Below, one piece after another: positions 16,576 to 24,145 of a stretch of 28,185 bases of DNA; the stretch's first letter is position 1, and the number at the start of each line of letters is the position of its first letter. The notes under the pieces are model-generated. The model did not search any database. It saw only the letters and a list, made by a program, of their open reading frames with translations, and was not told where the DNA came from. A program made the position numbers and the translations under genes. The DNA comes from Microcoleus sp. Aus8_D1. Its GTDB lineage: Bacteria > Cyanobacteriota > Cyanobacteriia > Cyanobacteriales > Microcoleaceae. The stretch is from positions 1 through 28,185 of the forward strand of contig NZ_JAUBUO010000016.1 of the NCBI RefSeq assembly GCF_036702645.1. The letters run 5' to 3'.

Positions 16576-16943
16576 CAACTCCTGAAAACTTGCACTTTTT
16601 CCTCTATGTCCAATCCCCCTTCGCCTAAAGCATCAGCCGAAGAATGACGAGCGATAAACTCATCTAACAGCTCAAAAAACAGATCGAGTGCTTTGCTTTC
16701 ATCCTCAGAATAAAACAGAATGACGTTAGCCCAAGATTGGCTCGTCTGCACGTTGAATCTTTTTCATATCCACTCAGGAAACTGCCTAAAATCGCTATCT
16801 TGTTTCGTTGGCTGTTCTCCTAACTCATATTTAGCAACGCTGTAACCCGATAAAAAAGCCTGAAGACAAATAATTGAATGTCGTCCCAAGTACATTGAAG
16901 GAGCTTTCTTAATTTTGTCAATCAGCGTATATAAATCGTGCAT
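16575..16943 (-). pseudogene. Conserved-looking hypothetical gene (122 codons) interrupted by an in-frame TGA at codon 60 (16764-16766)
   Basis: Translation MHDLYTLIDKIKKAPSMYLGRHSIICLQAFLSGYSVAKYELGEQPTKQDSDFRQFPEWI-stop-KRFNVQTSQSWANVILFYSEDESKALDLFFELLDEFIARHSSADALGEGGLDIEEKVQVFRS. Both halves look protein-like and are in the same frame. Confidence 0.45.
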
Positions 16944-16985
16944 TTTTCACCTCAATATTTTTCCAATAACTGTAAGTTTTGCTGC

Positions 16986-17465
16986 TCAAAATTCCTCTTC
17001 TATAATCTTAAAAGTTCCCATACCCAGTTCCAGAGTAGGTGATGTTAAATTTTGTAGCCATTCCTGCCGAGTCACGCCACTACAATCTATATTATTAAAC
17101 ACAATTTCCTGTTCGTCGATTGTAATTGATATCCCTTGATCGTAGCCATTAGTAGCAATTTGCTGCTGTCGTCGTAAATCATAAATCACTGACCAAGGTA
17201 GGTCTTGCCTTTCTAAATCCAGTTTAATCTGCTTACCATGTAGGTTTCTGATGGTCAAGAACTCTTTGATAGCCTGACTGCATTCAACACATTGAAAGAC
17301 TCCATAGCGACTGGCAATTTTAGCGATATCTTCTCTAATTTCATCTAAACTACTGGGATCTAAACTCAAAGTGTAAAGTTTACCTCCTATATTTATGGAC
17401 AAGTATATCTCAAAATTATTGCCATTGAGTGCTCGACCGATCGCATAGGGTGCGCGCTCTTGCAA
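16986..17465 (-). CDS. Hypothetical protein (159 aa, TTG start); possible toxin-type C-terminal cassette
   Basis: ORF-track ORF. The reading frame stays open upstream through the repeat R, encoding RAIALATIIVLFGICCEGISRSLGKAL before the annotated start. Confidence 0.5.
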   Translation of the reverse strand: MQERAPYAIGRALNGNNFEIYLSINIGGKLYTLSLDPSSLDEIREDIAKIASRYGVFQCVECSQAIKEFLTIRNLHGKQIKLDLERQDLPWSVIYDLRRQQQIATNGYDQGISITIDEQEIVFNNIDCSGVTRQEWLQNLTSPTLELGMGTFKIIEEEF

Positions 17466-17481
17466 GGCTTTTCCAAGGGAG

Positions 17482-17550
17482 CGCGAGATCCCCTCACAGC
17501 AAATACCAAACAGTACGATGATTGTAGCCAGAGCGATCGCCCTTCAGACT
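17482..17550. repeat. Roughly 65-bp direct repeat R (partner at 16508-16575)
   Basis: See the partner repeat. Confidence 0.75.
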
Positions 17551-17639
17551 AAATACCAAATCGATGTCTGCAGTACAATCGAGGTAAAAGTCATGATGAA
17601 TCTTTCAAAAATTAACACGCTCAACTGACTGCTGACTAA

Positions 17640-17933
17640 CTAATGCAAAAACTTGCCAACTTGATATTCGCGACTTTCGGCGATCGGCATTTGCAAATCC
17701 CCCATTTTGGCATCCAACTCATCGATTGTGCTTTGCTGCACCGACTTCCACTGTTCTTTAGTTTCCCAGCGAATCAACATCACCACCTCATTTTCCACCG
17801 CATCCACCCAAACTTCTTTGCCCAAAAAACCGGGGAAACTTCTTAATCCGGCCGTCCAAACTTCTTCATCTCGCAGAATAAACTGTTCCCATTTTTCCGG
17901 AGGTACTTTAAATCTCAGCCACTCAATTACCAT
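17640..17933 (-). CDS. Small hypothetical protein (97 aa), possibly ABM/Dabb-like
   Basis: MVIEWLRFKVPPEKWEQFILRDEEVW...VVMLIRWETKEQW pattern resembles antibiotic-biosynthesis-monooxygenase-like small proteins; tentative. Confidence 0.45.
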   Translation of the reverse strand: MVIEWLRFKVPPEKWEQFILRDEEVWTAGLRSFPGFLGKEVWVDAVENEVVMLIRWETKEQWKSVQQSTIDELDAKMGDLQMPIAESREYQVGKFLH

Positions 17934-17954
17934 ATTATTTTAGATTGTATATTT

Positions 17955-18125
17955 TAGATTTTGTAGGGTGCGTCAGGCACAAAATGATGGGTATGTCGTC
18001 TCAGCTTCATTCCTGACGCACCTACAAAACTTCGGGAATAAATCATTAGTGCGTAGCCGCCACATTCCTGACGCACCTACAAAACTTGGTGAATAAATCA
18101 TTAGTCCGCAGTCGCCACATTCTGA
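17955..18125. repeat. Second REP-like palindromic family (GTAGGGTGCGTCAGG / CCTGACGCACCTAC), one forward arm and two reverse arms with a 55-bp tandem duplication
   Basis: Arms at 17962-17977, 18012-18026 and 18067-18081. Confidence 0.8.
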
Positions 18126-18169
18126 CAGTAAAAGCACCCTCAAATAACTCCAGCTTTCAGCTAGGTCAA

Positions 18170-20362
18170 TTAATCGTTACCGATCGCAATTTTAACTATC
18201 AACTCAGTTCCCTGTCCCGGACGAGAAACACACTGCAACTCACCGCCATGCTTTTCTACTACCAAATGCTGGGATATTGCCAATCCCAAACCAGTGCTCG
18301 TTTCCTGACACTTCGTAGTAAATAAAGGGTCAAAGATGCAGCGGACAACTTCTTCAGTCATGCCAGGGCCGTTGTCGCTAATGGCGATCGCCACTTGGCT
18401 CTCCCCGATCGCGGATGTCCGAATCCGAATTTCAGGATATAATATTTCAGATGCCGAGCCTCCCGCAGACAACAAAGACTGATTTTGCATTGTACCATAT
18501 TTTTCCGGATTTCTGCCCCCTTCTTCCAAAGCATCGATCGCATTTGTCAACAAGTGCATGAACACTTGATTTAACTGTCCCGGATAGCAGCGGACTCGCG
18601 GCAAATTCCCGTATTCCTTAACTAGAGAAATTCCCGGGCGTCCCCCTTTAGCTTGCAGGCGATTTTGCAAGATCAGCACAGTGCTGTCCAAACCTTCGTG
18701 GATATCCGCAAGCTTCATTTCAGGTTCGTCGGTACGCGAGAACAAGCGGAGCGATCGCACCACATCCCGAATTCTCTCCGAACCGACTTTCATTGAATTT
18801 AGCAGTTTTGGTAAGTCTTTTTTGATGAAGTCTAAGTCTAATTCTTCCATCAAATCTTGAATTTCCGGAGCTGGATCGGGATAATATTTTTGGTAAAGGT
18901 CGATCGAGCGCAGCAGTTCTTGAATGTAGCCTGTGGCGTGGCTGACATTGCCAGAAATAAAACTAACTGGATTATTAATTTCGTGCGCTATTCCTGCTAC
19001 CAACTCGCCCAGAGATGACATTTTTTCTGTTTGAATCAGTTGAGTTTGAGTTTGCCGCAAAACTAACAGCGTCTGCTCTAGTTTCGCCGCTTCCTGGCGC
19101 AGACGTTCTTCCGATTCTTGCAAAGCCAACAGAGACTGTTTGCTTTCGGTAATGTCCAATCCCACAAATACCGCAGACGTATTTTTTTGATATTTTTGAG
19201 CGACAATTAAATAAGTTTTATTTTCTCCTCTGATGTTCGCTATTACTTCTTGAGATGTTTTGTTTTTCGAGCTGGCAAAAAAATCGTATACTAAATCGTT
19301 AAATTTGGGACTTGTATCTAAAAAACCTACTTTTTGACCCGTAAATAGTTCCGCAGGCATTTGGTAAGCGCTAGCTAAATGTCGGTTTACTCCCAAGTAG
19401 CGCAAATCGGAACTTACCCAAGAAACTAATCCGGGCACGGCATCCAAGACGGCTTGAAGTTGCTCTTTCGCCTCTAAAAGGGCTGATTCTGCTGCGAGGC
19501 GAGCCCAAATATCGCGGGCGATCGCACAGCAGTATTCGCGCCCGTCGTATTCTAAATAATTGACTTGAACTTCGACGGGAAAACTGGCGCCGTCTTTGGC
19601 TTTGTAACTGGTTTCAAAAGTCAAGTTGCTTTGCTGCTTGAGTTGAACCCAGTATTCCGGCCAATCCGCTGCTGACAACTCGGAATCGATGTCGCTCAGT
19701 CTCAGGTTTAGCAGTTCCGATTCCGAGTAGCCTCCCCGATCGCAAGCGGCTTTGTTCGCGTAGCAAATTTGACCGTCTGAGTTAGTAAAAAAAACTGTAT
19801 CAGCAGCATTGTCGAGGGCAATTTGAGTTAGTTGTAGTTTTGTTTCTAACTGCTTGCTTTTGGCCTCGGGCGTCCATGTATTGTAGCAATTTGTTACAGC
19901 TATCTTTTCGGCCAACAAGATCAAACCGCCGATCGCACCACAGCTATTTTTCCACGGCCAAAATACCCATTTGACCGGCGCGCCGACCTCACTTTCGATT
20001 TGTCCGGCTACAGATGCGGTCGCTCGCCCTGCCACAAACTCGCTGTATTCCAAAACTCCCGCCAAACAAGCGCGGGCATTTTGCTGCCAATATTCGGGGA
20101 GATTCGGGAATAATTCCCAATGACTTCTGCCGAGCGCCTCACAGCCACCGAACCCGCAATCTGTTTCCCAGCGACGGGAAACCGACAGATAGCGCATTTC
20201 ACAATCTACCATTGCCACGGCGTCAGCGGAGCGCTCCACCAACCGCCGAAATCCCTCTTTACTCTCAGACACGGCGGCCTCTGGGGGTTGGTGGGCGATC
20301 GGGATTGTCCCGTCGGCATACCTTCCCAGTCGAATGTTTTGATTAACTGGCTTAGTTTGCAC
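18170..20362 (-). CDS. Multi-PAS sensor histidine kinase (HisKA + HATPase_c)
   Basis: H-box AGIAHEINNP; G-boxes DNGPGM and GLGLAI; several PAS-like segments. Confidence 0.9.
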   Translation of the reverse strand: MQTKPVNQNIRLGRYADGTIPIAHQPPEAAVSESKEGFRRLVERSADAVAMVDCEMRYLSVSRRWETDCGFGGCEALGRSHWELFPNLPEYWQQNARACLAGVLEYSEFVAGRATASVAGQIESEVGAPVKWVFWPWKNSCGAIGGLILLAEKIAVTNCYNTWTPEAKSKQLETKLQLTQIALDNAADTVFFTNSDGQICYANKAACDRGGYSESELLNLRLSDIDSELSAADWPEYWVQLKQQSNLTFETSYKAKDGASFPVEVQVNYLEYDGREYCCAIARDIWARLAAESALLEAKEQLQAVLDAVPGLVSWVSSDLRYLGVNRHLASAYQMPAELFTGQKVGFLDTSPKFNDLVYDFFASSKNKTSQEVIANIRGENKTYLIVAQKYQKNTSAVFVGLDITESKQSLLALQESEERLRQEAAKLEQTLLVLRQTQTQLIQTEKMSSLGELVAGIAHEINNPVSFISGNVSHATGYIQELLRSIDLYQKYYPDPAPEIQDLMEELDLDFIKKDLPKLLNSMKVGSERIRDVVRSLRLFSRTDEPEMKLADIHEGLDSTVLILQNRLQAKGGRPGISLVKEYGNLPRVRCYPGQLNQVFMHLLTNAIDALEEGGRNPEKYGTMQNQSLLSAGGSASEILYPEIRIRTSAIGESQVAIAISDNGPGMTEEVVRCIFDPLFTTKCQETSTGLGLAISQHLVVEKHGGELQCVSRPGQGTELIVKIAIGND

Positions 20363-20627
20363 GGTTTGGGATTTCCTCCATAACTGTCTAGTTTGAAAAA
20401 TTCTATTTCAGACCAAAAATGCTCTTCCCCTGATTCGCTGTTTCGGGTGATACCCTTAGAGGGTCTCACCCATCATTCATATCATTTTTGAGAGGGATGT
20501 GTCCATAGGTACTGAATAAATTGTTCCCCAAACTTTGACATTCAGAAGATTTCCTCATAATTATTCAATATTTGACCACGTGCAGCCCGTGCAATTACCC
20601 AAATTGCGTGAGACTTTACGTGTTCGC

Positions 20628-21836
20628 TCAAACAAATTTGTGCGTAAATTCACTGGTAAAATCCACTCTCCCTTTCCGCAACATTGCAGGATCTAATCTT
20701 TCAATGGTGTTACAAGTTAGTAAAACTACGAGTTTCTGCTGAAATTGAATGCCTTGTTCGTCCATGACGCTTTGATACAAAGTTCCATCCAGCAAACTCA
20801 AAATATGTTCAGTTTTGTTACTACGTTGAGCCGCTGCGGTCGATCGATCTTGAGCCAAATTATCAGCCTCGTTAATAATGATGCAAATCCGCTCCAAATA
20901 ACTCGGCGGCACAAAATTTTCCACAGCATCATGATCCAAGATAAAAATCACATAACCCAGCGGCACTAAAATCTCCTTTGCTACCGCTTGAGTCCAAGCA
21001 GTTTTACCAGTCCCCGGTTCACCGCTAACCAAAACAGCCAACTGATTTTGATCCAGAATTGCCTGCTGAACAGTATCAGTAAAACTTTGAACTTCCGCAG
21101 AAAAAGTCCGAATTGGGAACTGACTGTGAACCTGTCCGACGCGGCTTTTGTACCCGCTGAGAATCACCGCTAAATTGTAAGTAGCCTTGCTAACCAACGG
21201 CGCAATATCTTGGCAAATCAGAGTGTAGCAGCGTCTTCCCCTGTCGTAGCTGTCAATTTGCAGCCAACAGCCGCATCGCGCCCAATAAGCATAAACAGTA
21301 CCCAAAACCTCCAAACGTTCCCAGCTAACAAATCGTTCCGGCGGATAAGAAAAATGCCGTTCCATAAAAAACTGGGTAATCGCATCCGGTTTTCCCAGCA
21401 AATCCAGAACTTTGAAAACAGTAATTTCTTGGAGTTTGTTGAGAACGTAATCAATGGGAATGCTAGCGCGGCTGACCAATTGCACCACGGGCGTTTCCGT
21501 GACTAAAACATCTTTGTAACGGTAATCCGGGTAAACAGGCTGCGGAGTAATGTAATCCCAAAACTCGTCTATTTCGTAGCGAGTATTTTCCGAGAATACA
21601 TTTAAGATATTTGCCCACCAGGTATATTGATGTCGTCCCATGGCATCGGCAATGTCGCTGGCTGCATCTAAACTTTTTTGAGCTAGTTCTCTGGGGTCGC
21701 TAGACGCTAAGTGCAGCAGGTATTCCCAATCAAATTGACGGTATAGAGGTCGCCAGCCTGAGCCGAGCAGCCCTCGATTTTGAGGATTGTTTTGATTAAA
21801 ATTGTTGTCGCGATCGCCCATGTTGTCCGCACTCAT
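20628..21836 (-). CDS. AAA+ ATPase with an uncharacterised ~250-aa N-terminal region
   Basis: Walker A GEPGTGKTAWTQAVAKE, Walker B IIINEAD, sensor-2 LRKGRVD in the C-terminal half; N-terminal half matches no family I recognise. Confidence 0.8.
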   Translation of the reverse strand: MSADNMGDRDNNFNQNNPQNRGLLGSGWRPLYRQFDWEYLLHLASSDPRELAQKSLDAASDIADAMGRHQYTWWANILNVFSENTRYEIDEFWDYITPQPVYPDYRYKDVLVTETPVVQLVSRASIPIDYVLNKLQEITVFKVLDLLGKPDAITQFFMERHFSYPPERFVSWERLEVLGTVYAYWARCGCWLQIDSYDRGRRCYTLICQDIAPLVSKATYNLAVILSGYKSRVGQVHSQFPIRTFSAEVQSFTDTVQQAILDQNQLAVLVSGEPGTGKTAWTQAVAKEILVPLGYVIFILDHDAVENFVPPSYLERICIIINEADNLAQDRSTAAAQRSNKTEHILSLLDGTLYQSVMDEQGIQFQQKLVVLLTCNTIERLDPAMLRKGRVDFTSEFTHKFV

Positions 21837-21907
21837 TTTCGGTAACTCCTAGTTACTCTTATTTTCAAAGATTGGCCGCAGATTTGCTACAACTAAACTG
21901 GATTTTT

Positions 21908-22453
21908 TCAACAGAGTTTGAGATTATTTGGCGGCACCATATCTACCAACCAAACTCTGTTATCCGAGCAGTAAAATGTATGGCCGTCCTGTTGCATTGC
22001 TGCGGCATCTACAGCCAAGACTGCCGGGATGCCGTGTCTGGCACCTACTTTACGCGCTGTCTGAATGTCCGCCGACAAATGAACGTGATGCCGCGACATT
22101 TTCCTAATTCCTTGACTCAGAATAGACTCGACGGCAGTCCTACCTGTTCCGTGATATAAAATATCTGGGGGAACAGCAGGTTCTAACTGCAAGTCAACCT
22201 CTACACTGTGTCCTTGGTTGGCACGAATGAGAGTGCCCGTTTCGTCGAAGGAAAAGCGCTGTTTGTCGTTTTGCGCGACTACTTGCTTGAGTTCTGCAAG
22301 CTGAAGGGGGAAGTTATTTTTTTGGCAGGCATCGAGGAGTTCGCTAACAGGAACCCAGCCTCCCGGCGCGAGTTGAATGCCGATGCGCGAGGGCGCGTGG
22401 CGCAGGTGTTTGCTGAGATATCTGCTGATTTTTCTTAATCGGGTATCATTCAT
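21908..22453 (-). CDS. kptA: RNA 2'-phosphotransferase Tpt1/KptA family protein
   Basis: LSKHLRHAP...GGWVPVSELL; YHGTGRTAVESILSQGIRKMSRHHVHLS (HGT...RxHVHLS) diagnostic of Tpt1/KptA. Confidence 0.9.
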   Translation of the reverse strand: MNDTRLRKISRYLSKHLRHAPSRIGIQLAPGGWVPVSELLDACQKNNFPLQLAELKQVVAQNDKQRFSFDETGTLIRANQGHSVEVDLQLEPAVPPDILYHGTGRTAVESILSQGIRKMSRHHVHLSADIQTARKVGARHGIPAVLAVDAAAMQQDGHTFYCSDNRVWLVDMVPPNNLKLC

Positions 22454-22597
22454 GATTTTACTTAAATTATTGAGTTATTTCGTGGGTAGATCTGGTTTAT
22501 TTAATCTGTTTGTCCTGCGAGGAGAAGGATTGAGTGGAATAATGCCTGTAAACTCAAGTCTGAAATTATTTGTATTTCTCGTTTATAGCAGAATCTC

Positions 22598-22678
22598 GAT
22601 CCCCCTAAATCCCCCTTAAGAAGGGGGACTTTGAGAATGCTCCTGTCCCCCCTTTTTAAGGGGGGTTAGGGGGGATCT
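22598..22678. repeat. G/C-run nested hairpin cluster (CCCCCTTaagAAGGGGG; CCCCCCTTtttAAGGGGGG; outer GATCCCCCTAAATCCCCC / GGGGGGTTAGGGGGGATC)
   Basis: Direct reading; in the intergenic gap between the 3' end of the methyltransferase gene and the kptA upstream region. Confidence 0.7.
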
Positions 22679-22748
22679 AGACTAAGCTAGAAGCGAGATT
22701 ACTAATTAATTTTAGTCTTAAATTGACACGAATGTGAGCTAACTAATC

Positions 22749-22815
22749 GTAGGGTGCGTCAGGGGGAAAATTGTTGAGCAAGCAGTCACAATATTCATTC
22801 CTGACGCACCCTACA
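22749..22815. repeat. REP-like hairpin of the second family (GTAGGGTGCGTCAGGG ... CCTGACGCACCCTAC), 16-bp arms and 35-nt loop
   Basis: Same arms as the 17955-18125 element. Confidence 0.8.
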
Positions 22816-22851
22816 ATAGCTTTTGATGATTATTATCAAAAACTCTGCTTT

Positions 22852-23547
22852 CTACTTTGGGATAACTCCGCCAAAAATAGCAAAATTGAGATGGCGCCAG
22901 TGACAAGCTGCGTCTGCAAAACCCGCTGCTGCCAGCCACTTGGTTTGCTCTTCCACAGAGGAAGGAATATCTTCTTTTAGATAGCTGTTAAAACACGCTG
23001 CATCGTCTTCTCCATTAGCTTTGATGTACTGCCGCCACAAATGTTCGTATTGCTCTGTCAGCTTTGGGGTAGCACCTGTGACAATATCTCGGATTAGCAA
23101 GATTCCCCCGGCATTCATTGAGTGAAAAAGTTTGTGAAATAGCTGTTGTTTCCCGGCGCTGTCTAGGTGGTGGATTGCCAACCCTGAAACTACCAAATCG
23201 TAACCGCTGCCGAAATCATATTCTGCGAAATTTCCCTGTTGCAATGTCAGCCGATGTCCGAAATTTGACAAGTTGGTTTGACAAACTTTTAGCATATTTT
23301 CCGCCATGTCAAAGGCTGTGATGTTTGCTTGAGGAAATGCTGGCAAAATCATTGCCGACAGTATGCCAGTTCCGGCGCCTAAATCTAGAACTTTGATGTT
23401 AGCATGGGTTTCAAAATCTATTAATTGCAATATTATTTCGTGTTGCTCGCGATAGTGCGGAATCAGGCGGGGAATTAAACTATCATAATCAAATGCTCTT
23501 TGTTCAAATTGCTGGCGTACATCGTCTAAATTCCTAGATAAATTCAC
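22852..23547 (-). CDS. Class I SAM-dependent methyltransferase
   Basis: Motif I VLDLGAGTGILS; post-I acidic FDMAE; Rossmann-fold pattern. Confidence 0.85.
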   Translation of the reverse strand: MNLSRNLDDVRQQFEQRAFDYDSLIPRLIPHYREQHEIILQLIDFETHANIKVLDLGAGTGILSAMILPAFPQANITAFDMAENMLKVCQTNLSNFGHRLTLQQGNFAEYDFGSGYDLVVSGLAIHHLDSAGKQQLFHKLFHSMNAGGILLIRDIVTGATPKLTEQYEHLWRQYIKANGEDDAACFNSYLKEDIPSSVEEQTKWLAAAGFADAACHWRHLNFAIFGGVIPK

Positions 23548-23790
23548 AGAAACGTTTCCTCAATTTTTTAATTGTTGAGTGCGTTAATGCAGTGGGCTGC
23601 TCTTGGGTTAAATATCGTATTACATTATATAATACAAAATATTTACACCCCTGTCAAGATGTAGGAGAAAATAATTTAACTGAAGTTGCCGGCGATCGCA
23701 AAACGCGGACTAGGCTAGCCAAAACCAGTCAATTATTGGAGAAATGTCAGCCCTTGCACATATATCTGGGATGTGGAGATGCGACAGGTT

Positions 23791-23825
23791 CAGTTGACAG
23801 TTGACAGTTGACAGTTGACAGTTAA
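23791..23825. repeat. STRR-like heptamer (CAGTTGA)5, the reverse complement of the 10731-10837 unit
   Basis: cagttgacagttgacagttgacagttgacagttaa. Confidence 0.85.
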
Positions 23826-24145
23826 CCGCTTGAGGGCACTTGGAGGGTCGAGAAGAGGATTGAAACAATCTCTCGATCGTTATTTAATTTTCCCCTCAAC
23901 GGGGAGGCTTTTGATCCATCTTATTTGGTAATTTTGAGGAAAAAGTTGGGTGTTTGCACCCAGCGGCGGAGCGGGCAGATCTGAGAAAATATGTCTTCAG
24001 ATTGACAAAGTTTAGTCTCAACTCCCAATAAAATTTCAGGTGACTCCCGTTTTCCCAAATAATGCAACTGTAGGCAGCTATCCCCAACCTCGATAGTCAT
24101 TATTCATTCCTCATCTAAACTCTCGAATCTCAAATGGTATGACTC

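Noticed and set aside
16764-16766. In-frame TGA as selenocysteine or programmed recoding
   Set aside because: No SECIS-like hairpin immediately downstream and no Cys-homolog context is evident. A nonsense mutation or sequencing error is more parsimonious; kept as a pseudogene call
23896-24087. 63-aa minus-strand ORF in the divergent promoter region
   Set aside because: Lies in the intergenic promoter region between the methyltransferase and the hybrid kinase; no RBS or homology; likely spurious
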